Shown piece after piece: positions 51,764 through 61,777 of a stretch of 64,000 nucleotides of DNA (position 1 is the stretch's first letter; the number at the start of each line of letters is the position of its first letter). The DNA lies in contig JAHPZA010000009.1 in NCBI GenBank assembly GCA_019058445.1, forward strand, positions 128,001 to 192,000, written 5' to 3'. This DNA comes from Promethearchaeota archaeon. GTDB taxonomy: Archaea; Asgardarchaeota; Lokiarchaeia; Sigyniarchaeales; SOKP01. The notes beneath the pieces were generated by a model that worked only from the letters and a program-made list of their open reading frames with translations, was not told the DNA's origin and did not search any database. Position numbers and translations under genes: made by a program.

Positions 51764-52375
51764 TTAACAAGTAATATCTTTTGGAAGAAATTTATATACT
51801 TTGAAAATATTAAAATTATTCTTTTTCATTTTCAGAAAAAATTCCTTTTCCATTTCATATTCTTGAGTTGCTAACTTTATAATTTCATCTCTTGAGTAAA
51901 AATCTCCCTCATTTTCAAGAGAATTCCGAAGAGCAGGACATTTTTTTGAATAATCTTTAAAATTTGAAATACTATTTATTAACATATTCCATCCAACTGG
52001 AAATGCAATACATTGAAAGGGTCTTGCCTCATGAACTGTACACTTATTTTCTTCATCCAAAAATTCACAGTGTTCGTCATCACCAGTAAATTTAAACCCT
52101 AGTGTTTTAAATTTGTATCTTTTGCCCCTATTTTCTCCCTGCTCCTTCCAAAAAAAAGATGTATCAACTAATTTAATATATTTTCTAACGAACTTTTTTA
52201 AGCTTGAATTATTTAAATTTAAAAATTTTACAAGTCTAATAATATCAGTTTCATATACATATACTTCCCCCTCGTCAAAGCCTCGACAACAAGCACCACA
52301 CATCTTACATGAAAAATAAATTCCGTTCTCAAACTTTTTTGAAATTTTTATATTTGGTGTAGTCAATGAGTCCAC
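51764..52375 (-). CDS. YkgJ-family CxxCxxCC Fe-S/Zn cluster protein
   Basis: FSCKMCGACC, CEFL...CTVHEARPFQCIAFP. Confidence 0.9.
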   Translation of the reverse strand: MDSLTTPNIKISKKFENGIYFSCKMCGACCRGFDEGEVYVYETDIIRLVKFLNLNNSSLKKFVRKYIKLVDTSFFWKEQGENRGKRYKFKTLGFKFTGDDEHCEFLDEENKCTVHEARPFQCIAFPVGWNMLINSISNFKDYSKKCPALRNSLENEGDFYSRDEIIKLATQEYEMEKEFFLKMKKNNFNIFKVYKFLPKDITC

Positions 52376-52536
52376 TAAGTAAAGAAAATTTGAATAATAT
52401 AAAAAACAAATCCTTATTAAACTTTCACTAAAACTAATTTCTCGATAATATTAGATATTATTAGTAAGAAAAATAATTTATATTTCAATATTAAGGTATG
52501 ATTAATTAATCTTTCAATAAGAAAGGAGTATTATTC

Positions 52537-53457
52537 TTGAGCTATAATCTAAGTTCAACCCAAAATAATAAAATTGATTTTCTCCTCATTGAAGAAAAAA
52601 TCAAAGAATTAGAAAAAAATCTTCATGATAATAATATCACTGAAATAACAGAATATAGGAAATGGAAAAGGGATTTTGAAATAATTTATGGCTCAGAATA
52701 CATTGATATTAGACTTTACATAAGTTTTGCCTTGATATATTTCACTGGACATTTTTTTATATCAAAATACATCTTAAAATCATCTGAATTTCATGATACT
52801 AAGAAAAATTTTGCTTTATGTATTAAAGAACTACAATCTAATATTAAAATTAGATTTAAAGATTTCGATTTATTCAATTTTGAATATTTCAATCCGATAA
52901 TATCCCTCATTAATAAGAACTGTTTGAGTCCTTTTCCACCTTTAACTCGCATGTTGACTGCTTATCTTTTTAAATTAGATATCGAACCTGTATATATGTT
53001 TGATTATTTGATTCAAACCATTATTTCTTCTCTTATAAGACATGGAAGTGGAGAATTTTATACTATGCCTTTTCTAGTAGAAAAAATGGTAGATAATTGT
53101 TATAATTTCGGAGAAAGAGTGCTTGATCCATGTTGCGGTTCTGGCAATTTTTTAATAGAAATAATGAAGAGAATTCTATCATCAAACAAACTTGAAAAAC
53201 AAAAAATTTTAGCGATAAATAATATTTATGGTTTTGATATTAACCCTATTTCGATTTTCATAACTAAAATAAATTTTTTAATATTACTCAAGGGATATTC
53301 TTCCAAGGTTAAAATTAATCTCTTGGTTGCTGATTCGCTCTTCCCTCAACAATTCTCTTCTAGAAATAAAGTTTTTATTAAAAATTCTTTAAATTCATAT
53401 GATTTAATTATCGGTAATCCTCCATTTGCCTTAATAATTCAAACGCAGGTGTCTTAA
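52537..53457 (+). pseudogene. N6-adenine DNA methyltransferase, C-terminally truncated just after motif IV
   Basis: GEFYT, VLDPCCGSGNFL, IYGFDINP, DLIIGNPPF, then stop nine codons later; later MTase motifs and the target-recognition domain are absent. Confidence 0.75.
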
Positions 53458-53459
53458 TA

Positions 53460-56063
53460 ATGGTAACAAGACTAAAAAATTTAATTAAACATTTAGCAGA
53501 ACAAGCAAGAATTTTACAAGAAGAAATTTATAAAAGTCTATCTGATCTTTCTAATGAAAAAGATTATATCGAAAATAAAGTTACAAGAATATATATTGAA
53601 AATATTCCCAATTTTCTAAAGAAAACAACATTTAAGAACAATAAAATTAATATTGAACAGTTCTCAGATTTCTTTTCCCAAATAATTATTAATTCTATTT
53701 TTTTAGGTTGGATAAGGTCTTATATAAAGGGAAACTCACCAAAAGAATTTAGAATATCATTTTTACAAGATATTTTACCAACGGTTCCGTTTATTAAAGA
53801 AATTTTTTTTAGTCTTAAATCAATTCTTCCAACACAAATATATGACAAAATAATCATATCAGTTGAAAAATTATTACGTAAAACTCAATTGAATATCGAA
53901 GAAAAAACAATGGATATTTTTATTGCTACATATTATAGTGATTTCTTATTATTTTACGATAAAGAAAAAGCAAAAGCTCTAGGTATTATTGATACGCCTA
54001 CTGAAATTGTTGATTATATGGTTGATGGTATCGACAAAATTCTAAAAAATTATTTTAATGAATCAAAAGGGATTGCCTCTCCAAATATAAAATGTCTGGA
54101 TCCTGCATCTGGAACCATGACATATACATGTAGCATAATACGCAAAGCATATAAAAATCTAAAATTAGAATATGAAACCGATTTTACAAATTTAATGCAA
54201 AAATTTGAACGGTGGATAATAAATCAATTTCTTGAAAACACTTATAGTTTTGAGATTTTAGATGTTCCTTATACTTTAGGTTATTTAAAAACAATAATGG
54301 TAATAGAGGATTTTGGCATAAATATTAATTGGTCAAAGTATAAATTGAAATCATTTCTTAATAATATTCTAATGGAAAGATCTTTAGAATTGTTAGAGTC
54401 TTCCTTAAGAATAAAAAAAATAAGTCAAGAAATAACAAATTCATCATGCATAAAATCTTTTAAAAATATTTTGATTGTATTAGGAAACCCTCCCTATAAC
54501 ATTTCTAGCAAAAATAATTCAGAATGGATTAAAAATAAAATAAGAGATTATAAAAAGGGACTAACAGAGAGGAATTTAAAAATTCTCTCTGATGATTATA
54601 TTAAATTTATTAGACTTTCACATTGGTTGGTTGCTGAAAAAAACAAAAATGGAATAATTGCCTTAATTACAAATAACAAGTATTTTTATGGAGACATTTT
54701 TAGAAAAATTAGAGAATCTCTTAAAAAAGATTTTGATATTATTTATAGTGTAAATCTTCATGGTGATATGAGAAAAGGTGAAAGTGGAAATCCTTTTGAT
54801 ATTAGAGTAGGGGTTGGAATTATTTTCTTAGTTAGATTATTTAATCATTCGGATGAAAAATGTAAGATCTTTACATTAGATATACCAGATGAATCAAAAA
54901 TTAAAAAATTTGAAAATCTAAAAGAAGGATTTAAATTTGAAAAATTTCATCAATTGCAAAATCTTAAATATTTTATAGATTTGGATACTAACTCAGATAT
55001 AGAAAAAGAGTTCGATTCTTACCAAGATATTAATGATTTTTTTATTCATAGACCTAAAAGTGGAATAATGACTGGAAGGGATACTTTAGTTATTAATATT
55101 ACTAAAAGAGAGTTAAATGAGAACTATCAACTTTTCTATAATAAAGAACTAGGAAAACTAAAAGCTAAAAATATCGAATTTAATAATACTAAAAATTGGA
55201 ATATTGAAGAAGCTTTAGATAAAAAAATAAAAGAAAATCCCAAAATTATAAAGATAAATTATCGCGGTTTTGATGTAAGATATTTGTTGTATGATCCTCG
55301 ATTAATTGAAGGTCATAGAATGGGATATATAGATCAGATTTCTATTGATAATCTTGCAATATCAACAACTAAGTCCATACGCAAAAACTCTAGCTTTTCT
55401 CATTGTCTAATAACAAAATACCCTATAGAGAAATGTTTTTTGTCTATAAACGATACATCCTATGCTTTTCTACAAAAATTTAATGGAAAAAATAATATAA
55501 AAATTCCAGATAACATTAAATTTCAAGTAGATTCCAACCAATTGTTTTTCTATATCTATGCGTTATTATTTTCAACTATATATAGAACTCGATATTCATC
55601 TCAACTTTTAAGATACTTCCCTAAAATTCCTCTAACTAATAATAAAGAACTATTTTTAAACTTAAGTAATCTTGGTCTGAAACTTGGAAGAATTCATTTG
55701 TTTATGGAGGATGAAATTGATGTAAAATACTTTCCAATAAGCTCTACTAAAAATTTTCTAATATCGGATGACTTCTATTATGATGAAAAAAAACAAAAAA
55801 TATTTTTTGGAAAAGAATTTGATAGATTTTGGATTGGAAAAATCACCTTTAAAATATGGAATTTTAAAATCGGAGGGAAAAGACAACTTTATGAGTGGTT
55901 ATATTCTAGGCGATATTCATGTAAATATAAGAAAAATTCAATCAAGAGAGCTTTAACCAAAAAGGAGATTAATTATCTTTTAAAAATATGCGCATCAATT
56001 AAAAAATCATTAGAAATTATTGATTTGATTGATCTTGATATAAAAAAATTATTAAATATATAA
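53460..56063 (+). CDS. Type ISP/IIG-like N6-adenine methyltransferase with C-terminal specificity domain, no nuclease/helicase part
   Basis: TP.EIVDYMV, LDPASGT, LGNPPYN, DDYIKFIR, NLHGD, FDIRVGV, YRGFD, FPKIP, WNFKIGG. Confidence 0.85.
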   Translation: MVTRLKNLIKHLAEQARILQEEIYKSLSDLSNEKDYIENKVTRIYIENIPNFLKKTTFKNNKINIEQFSDFFSQIIINSIFLGWIRSYIKGNSPKEFRISFLQDILPTVPFIKEIFFSLKSILPTQIYDKIIISVEKLLRKTQLNIEEKTMDIFIATYYSDFLLFYDKEKAKALGIIDTPTEIVDYMVDGIDKILKNYFNESKGIASPNIKCLDPASGTMTYTCSIIRKAYKNLKLEYETDFTNLMQKFERWIINQFLENTYSFEILDVPYTLGYLKTIMVIEDFGININWSKYKLKSFLNNILMERSLELLESSLRIKKISQEITNSSCIKSFKNILIVLGNPPYNISSKNNSEWIKNKIRDYKKGLTERNLKILSDDYIKFIRLSHWLVAEKNKNGIIALITNNKYFYGDIFRKIRESLKKDFDIIYSVNLHGDMRKGESGNPFDIRVGVGIIFLVRLFNHSDEKCKIFTLDIPDESKIKKFENLKEGFKFEKFHQLQNLKYFIDLDTNSDIEKEFDSYQDINDFFIHRPKSGIMTGRDTLVINITKRELNENYQLFYNKELGKLKAKNIEFNNTKNWNIEEALDKKIKENPKIIKINYRGFDVRYLLYDPRLIEGHRMGYIDQISIDNLAISTTKSIRKNSSFSHCLITKYPIEKCFLSINDTSYAFLQKFNGKNNIKIPDNIKFQVDSNQLFFYIYALLFSTIYRTRYSSQLLRYFPKIPLTNNKELFLNLSNLGLKLGRIHLFMEDEIDVKYFPISSTKNFLISDDFYYDEKKQKIFFGKEFDRFWIGKITFKIWNFKIGGKRQLYEWLYSRRYSCKYKKNSIKRALTKKEINYLLKICASIKKSLEIIDLIDLDIKKLLNI

Positions 56064-56122
56064 TGATGGTTAATAAAAAAGTTAATAATCTCTCTTTTAG
56101 CTCTTATACTCAAATTAATTTT

Positions 56123-58801
56123 TTAAAAATTCTGATAATAATTCTTAAAATAAAACATCAATTTTACAATCTCTTTCCCTTTACTATTCATATAATATAC
56201 AGTCTGAGTTTTACCCTTTCCATAATTAATTTTACCGTATTTCTCCAAAATTTCTTTCCTCGTATTAAAAAATAAATTTACAGCTCCACTTTTTACTCCC
56301 ATTTTATTAGCAAGCTCTGAACTTGTTACTAAGCCTTTTTCTTCTGAGATTTTAAAAATTGTAAAAAAGTATTTTATAAAAGTTCTAGTTATTCTAATAT
56401 CAATATCCAAAGGATCTCTAGTTAATTCTTTATTATAAATTAGATTTAGTTTATATTGAATAAATGTACTCTTATTATCCTCCAAAACTTTTTTAAGTAT
56501 GTCTTTATCATCATAAATTTCTTCAATGTTCGATAAATCTTCATGAATTACAAAATGGCAATTATGACACATAAAACATCCTATATGATGTCTTTTCTTT
56601 AATTCTCTTAATATTTCAATACATGATTTGCTCTCAAACAATTTGGAAATGGAATTATTTTCTCTTCTTATTCGATCTTCCATACTAAGTTCCTTTAATT
56701 TATATAAATGACTGTATTCAAAACCAGGCAAATGGTCTTTAGAATTAAATTCTCCACAAATAGGGCAAATACCCCCATAAAGAAAATCAATAAAGAATCT
56801 CTTTTTTAGAAATTCTAAAATATAGACCTTCACTTTATCCTTTCTTTCCCGTATTTCTGATTTGTCTTTTCTAAAAGATTCGCTTACTATTTTATCCAAT
56901 GGAATATTATCCACACAAATCATAATAAGTGCATGGATAATTTCTGCGGGAAGCTCAAATATATCTTTATAAAAAAAATAAGATGGTAAATTTTCCCAAT
57001 TGATAAGTTTTTTAAAATTATTGAAATGGGTGGAATGTAATAAAATGTGATGTACTCCACATTTTACTACTACAAACTCTCTCTCCATTTTACGGATTAA
57101 ATCTCTCAAAAAAAAAGGATTACCTCGATTACTTAAAAATAAACCATATAAATCTTCGACAGTATATGTCTCATATTTATCACCTTTATGATGAAATTCT
57201 TTAGATATTATTCTTGGAAAAGAGGAATTAATCTCCAATTTTTCATATAAACAATCCTCACAATAAGGAATCTTGCTTATTATATCAAAATACTTACCAT
57301 TGTAAATATATTTCATCACATAAAGTTTAATTCTGTTACCAATAATTCTTTTCTTTAAATTATTTGTCTCATCTTCACTATATAAAGTCTGACCAGTCCT
57401 TGTCGGAATGGGAAAAAAATTTGAATATTTTGAATTTTTTAAAAAATCAACAATTCTACCAATTTCTTTGGCAAGACTTGATTCTTTTAAAAACATATTA
57501 ATATTTTTAGACATAAGATATTTGGCAAAATCAGAAATTATAAATTCCGCCTTTATTGTAATATGGGATTTATTTGATAATATCAACATTTTTACTATTT
57601 CTATTAAATCAGAAAAATATTTATCAAAAGTATCTGAATAGTTAGCCCCCATATCTTTATATTTTTTAATTTCTCTCTCCGTCAAATGTTCGAGAAAAAT
57701 ATTCTCTTTTTGAGTCAATTGTTTCTCTGCGCCAATAAAAATCTCTCTTAAGCGTAAAACAATTTTTGATACATCAAAGTTCTCTAAATGTGAAATAAGA
57801 CTTTGCAAGTCAATCTCTGCGTTATTTAATAACTCAAAAAAATAAAGGGAAAAAATTTTTCTGGATCTTCCTAACTGAGCATCTTTAAAACTATAATCTA
57901 ATCTTGGTGCTAAATCTTTATACCATCTTTTATATATTTTTGGAATTGAAGTATAATATGTATCCACTAGAATTGATAACTTTTTTCCTGTTATTCGAGG
58001 TAAATCCTCATTTGATAAAATAACAGCATAAATGATTGCTCCCGCATGTGATTTTATATTTGTATCACGCTTAATAATAATTTCACCATTTTCCGCTCTT
58101 GAAATGTGCTTATCTAAAATTTCTTCGGATTTAGATAAAATTATTTTCTTTTGCTTATCAGCACAATCAATTGAAGTAGTAATCATTTTAATTTGTTCCA
58201 TTATTCTTTCTCGAAAATTAGGAACATTTATGTTTGGTTTTTCCATTTTGTTATTCACTAAAGTTTCTCTCTCCTTTGGAATTATATCATCATCTGTATT
58301 AATTAACTCCTCAGAAAATTCTTCCTCTTCGATAGTGTCATATTCAATTACCCGTTCTGGTATAATATCGTCTTCTGTCAAATTACTCACCCCTACAACA
58401 TGTTCTTCGGTCTCAAACTCTATTTTTATTTCCTCTTGCTCTTCCTTTATTTCCTCTTGCTCTTCTGGAATATTATTCCTTTCAATACGTAAAATATATA
58501 TCGGTCTTTCATGGAATTCTATATTGGGTACACCCGCTATATAATCTTCGGTTTCCCATTCCTCTTCTCTTTCTGGAACGTAGTCTTGTCCTGAGATCTG
58601 TTCCCAATCAATTCCGCCATCATCCTCTACGTTGGACACACCTACAATATGTTCTTCTGCCTCCCATTCTTCTTGTGGAATTATATTTTGTTGTAGAGGT
58701 TCTTCCCAATCACTTTCTCCATTATCAATATTACTAACACCAAAGATAAATTCTTCGGTTTCCCACTGTTCTTCCTCGTCTTTTCTATCTTTTTCTGACA
58801 T
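56123..58801 (-). CDS. large multidomain protein: acidic repeats, TFIIB/cyclin-like segment, two HNH-like zinc nuclease modules, C-terminal winged helix
   Basis: CEDC..EFHH..CGVHH and CPICG..FEYSH..CHNCH modules; AGAIIYAV...ITGKKLS...IYK; VTSSELANKMGV...YYMNSKG. Confidence 0.6.
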   Translation of the reverse strand: MSEKDRKDEEEQWETEEFIFGVSNIDNGESDWEEPLQQNIIPQEEWEAEEHIVGVSNVEDDGGIDWEQISGQDYVPEREEEWETEDYIAGVPNIEFHERPIYILRIERNNIPEEQEEIKEEQEEIKIEFETEEHVVGVSNLTEDDIIPERVIEYDTIEEEEFSEELINTDDDIIPKERETLVNNKMEKPNINVPNFRERIMEQIKMITTSIDCADKQKKIILSKSEEILDKHISRAENGEIIIKRDTNIKSHAGAIIYAVILSNEDLPRITGKKLSILVDTYYTSIPKIYKRWYKDLAPRLDYSFKDAQLGRSRKIFSLYFFELLNNAEIDLQSLISHLENFDVSKIVLRLREIFIGAEKQLTQKENIFLEHLTEREIKKYKDMGANYSDTFDKYFSDLIEIVKMLILSNKSHITIKAEFIISDFAKYLMSKNINMFLKESSLAKEIGRIVDFLKNSKYSNFFPIPTRTGQTLYSEDETNNLKKRIIGNRIKLYVMKYIYNGKYFDIISKIPYCEDCLYEKLEINSSFPRIISKEFHHKGDKYETYTVEDLYGLFLSNRGNPFFLRDLIRKMEREFVVVKCGVHHILLHSTHFNNFKKLINWENLPSYFFYKDIFELPAEIIHALIMICVDNIPLDKIVSESFRKDKSEIRERKDKVKVYILEFLKKRFFIDFLYGGICPICGEFNSKDHLPGFEYSHLYKLKELSMEDRIRRENNSISKLFESKSCIEILRELKKRHHIGCFMCHNCHFVIHEDLSNIEEIYDDKDILKKVLEDNKSTFIQYKLNLIYNKELTRDPLDIDIRITRTFIKYFFTIFKISEEKGLVTSSELANKMGVKSGAVNLFFNTRKEILEKYGKINYGKGKTQTVYYMNSKGKEIVKLMFYFKNYYQNF
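58376..58777 (-). repeat. four copies of an acidic peptide repeat (W/F)E(T/A)E(E/D)xxxGV(S/P)N
   Basis: WETEEFIFGVSN, WEAEEHIVGVSN, WETEDYIAGVPN, FETEEHVVGVSN in the translation. Confidence 0.85.
58425..58465. repeat. 21-bp-period tandem duplication encoding EEQEEIK x2
   Basis: TTTATTTCCTCTTGCTCTTC occurs twice, separated by one base. Confidence 0.85.
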
Positions 58802-58852
58802 TTTAATTCTTTTCCCAAATCGTAATTAAAATTCAATTAATTTAATCATCAT

Positions 58853-59350
58853 TTATTTTTTTTGCTCCTTTAACCAATAATATGTCCCATCTGTCTTCAC
58901 ATCATACCCTGTAGGTTTTTTTATAGAAAGTCTAGAACCTTTTTTCGCATCTACTTTGCAAACTCCATCATCGTTACATGTTGAACTCCCTTCTCCATCG
59001 ACAACGTCAATTATTGGAGTTGGTGCTTTTTGCTGAGTTGCTTGAGGTTGCGGAGTCTCTTGAATTCGGCATAAAAATTTATCTAATTGCTGTGGTCTTT
59101 CTACAATTTCCCCGCCATATTTCTTATTTTTAACATAATAACTCATACCGTTTATCCCTGTCATCAATATACCTCCATTTATATTTTCATTTATTAATTT
59201 GTATAAATAATTATCGCTACCCTGTATATATTTATCTAAATATACGGTGTAATGATTACCATTCACGCAAGGCATACACACACGATTTTTGAACGGACTA
59301 TTCCCTATTTTATACCAATACCCATCTAACGCACGCATAAAACAAGCCAT
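58853..59350 (-). CDS. hypothetical Cys-containing protein
   Basis: 165-aa ORF preceded by GGAAGTGAT SD-like sequence; no family recognised. Confidence 0.7.
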   Translation of the reverse strand: MACFMRALDGYWYKIGNSPFKNRVCMPCVNGNHYTVYLDKYIQGSDNYLYKLINENINGGILMTGINGMSYYVKNKKYGGEIVERPQQLDKFLCRIQETPQPQATQQKAPTPIIDVVDGEGSSTCNDDGVCKVDAKKGSRLSIKKPTGYDVKTDGTYYWLKEQKK

Positions 59351-61065
59351 TTTTTTATCACTTCCTTTTATTTTTTATTAGTTTATTCATTTCCTTAAAC
59401 CTGTTTTTCAATAAATTTAATCTCGAAAAACTATTTTTCACATATCTATTTTGATACAAAATTATGACACTAATTTAATTTAGTTAAACCCATAATAGCC
59501 GACCTCTCCAATGAACGATTTTACTTAATTTTCCACAATAGAAACATTAAGATTTTTTGCATCTTATTTTGTTTATCAACCACCTTTCATCAAAATTTTA
59601 ATACACTCATTTTATAAATCCCATCTTATTTAAATAAATATCAAATTTATTCAAAAATTATATTTTGAAAAAGATTATTTTTCACTTCATTATTAGTATT
59701 TTTAGTCATACCTTCTCTAAAAGGGCTGAAAATAGTTTTTTGAGAAATTTTTTAAGATTAGATTTTTAGTTATTTAATTTTTTATATAAACCTTTTTTTT
59801 TGATGATATGGAATTTTGAGAAATATCATTGTTACCATTTTACCAAAATTTAGGAAAAAACATCCTGAGAGCCTACTTTAAGTTTTAAAAAATAAAATCC
59901 AAAAAAATTACCTTCTGTTTTTGATCTTAATTTTTAATAAGTTAAATTTTGATTAGATGAAATCAAGAAAAAAAATTTTAAATTCAAATTTTCGAAGTAA
60001 AAATATAATTACTAAAAAAATTCAAGATTACCTGTAGTATTTTTAACAGTTATCAAAAAATCAATCCAAAAAAATTTTTTGAAGTCTTTATAAATAACAG
60101 CTTAAAAATAAATTTAAACTCATAGTACCCAATTTTATTATTATCATTGCAATTCTTGGTTATGATGTTATAATTATTTTGATTGGATTAAAGACATAAT
60201 TAGGACTTTTGAATCATTAATTTTCTCATAATTTAAAAATTAAAGCATAAAAAGAAAAAAGTAATCTCAAAAAAAGCTACTTATTCAACGAGATTGAACT
60301 ATACAAATAATATTGAGAGATAGTTGATTTGAGATTTTTTTCTTGATTAATGTATTTTCTCGTATTATGAAAATAGTTGTTTAACTCGATCTTGGAGTAA
60401 AACTCTCACAACCTAACTATATAGCTACCTAAATAGGACTTCCCAAAACATTGATTATCAATACGAAAAAGGGGCTATTTTCCACGAACAGCCCTATATC
60501 TACTATTAAAACCCTTCTTATATAAATTTAACTTACATATCTGTATATACAATTTTGGCTAATGTTCATATTCATAAGATTTCGCATAAAACACGTGGAG
60601 AATTACCCATGAGATATTAAAATTATTTTCGATCAAAATAATCAAACCATACAATACACACAAAAAGAAAATTTTTGCATTTTTTAAATCATTCATATAT
60701 AAATAGGAAAAAAAAATTGTATTTTTATTTTTATACTCCTATAGATCAGATCATTATGGTGCAAATTGTTGAACAAGATAGTAATATTCTAAAGATTTAA
60801 TGAAAGACGTTCATTTTTTGAAAAGGCGTGAAGTTAAATTTATAAATAAAAAGATATATATTAGATATTTTCGTTGTCAAAAATATTAACACTGAGAAAA
60901 TTCGTGGATTATAACTGCAGTAAATGAATTATCTTTTCGCTAGTGAGTTCTAAGCATATCTTTGAGATATTCTAAAAGCACTTCATTTTTTTGAGTTTAT
61001 TGATTCGCTTAATTTTTGGTTTACTTCTTCGCCTAAATTTTCAAACATATTTTTCAATTGAAATT

Positions 61066-61410
61066 TTATCTTTCTAAAAAATAATTTAAATCATTAATTA
61101 TCATATTGAGAAGATTAGGATCAGCTCCTGTTCTCATCAATTCCAACTCTAAATCCTTAAAGTCAGAAATCTTGAATCGAAAGGTAGGATTAGTAAAGTT
61201 TTTCTGTAAATCGTAAAACTCCTCATAACTATACTCAATACCCTGTTGTTCGATATATGTTTTAATAATGAAATAGAGTAATTCTCCTATGAGTTTTTCA
61301 AATAAATCTTGTCCGTACTTCTCTTTGAATTCGATACAAAATTTTTCAATTCCTCTCAAATCGGACAGAGTGCAGTTTAAAACCCTTTCCGATACTTTTT
61401 GTTCAATCAT
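61066..61410 (-). CDS. hypothetical protein
   Basis: 114-aa ORF with AAGGAGGT upstream. Confidence 0.7.
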   Translation of the reverse strand: MIEQKVSERVLNCTLSDLRGIEKFCIEFKEKYGQDLFEKLIGELLYFIIKTYIEQQGIEYSYEEFYDLQKNFTNPTFRFKISDFKDLELELMRTGADPNLLNMIINDLNYFLER

Positions 61411-61420
61411 AATTTTTTAA

Positions 61421-61777
61421 TTACCTCCTTCTTTTTCTTAAAATTAATTTCTTTTTTGTAGAGGGTGTATGTATTTCCATTTGTTCGATAAATTCTTGTA
61501 TATCTATTTTCTCCTTCCTTAATAGCTTATAATGAATGGTTTTACTCCGATGTACTTCTTCTAATATCCCTTTCTTTTGTAAAAATTGGAGAGAACGCCC
61601 TATAAAGTTAATCTTTGACCTGTTAGACGAATCTACATTTAAATACTTCCTTACTTTTCTGGTATTTATATAAGAAATGTGTTTATCAATGAATAAATTA
61701 ATTGCGTATAATGTGTCTTCCAAATTTCTTACTCTTATATCAATTGTCATCTGTTTTCCCTCTTTTTTGCTTCTCAA
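61421..61777 (-). CDS. small basic winged-helix-like protein (probable start at MTIDIR)
   Basis: INTRKVRKYL...IGRSLQFLQKKGILEEV...YKL. Confidence 0.6.
   Translation of the reverse strand: MRSKKEGKQMTIDIRVRNLEDTLYAINLFIDKHISYINTRKVRKYLNVDSSNRSKINFIGRSLQFLQKKGILEEVHRSKTIHYKLLRKEKIDIQEFIEQMEIHTPSTKKKLILRKRRR

Noticed and set aside
59484-59590. SD-like GAAAGGTGG followed by a short stop-interrupted frame containing CFYCG
   Set aside because: Too short and interrupted to support a gene call.
60940-61048. Tiny minus-strand ORF possibly frameshifted at an A7 run (MFENLGEEVNQKLSESINSK / NEVLLEYLKDMLRTH)
   Set aside because: Only ~36 codons with no recognisable homology; cannot be distinguished from chance.
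59351-61065. CRISPR array or tRNA integration site in the long gap
   Set aside because: No regularly spaced direct repeats and no cloverleaf or T-loop consensus were seen.
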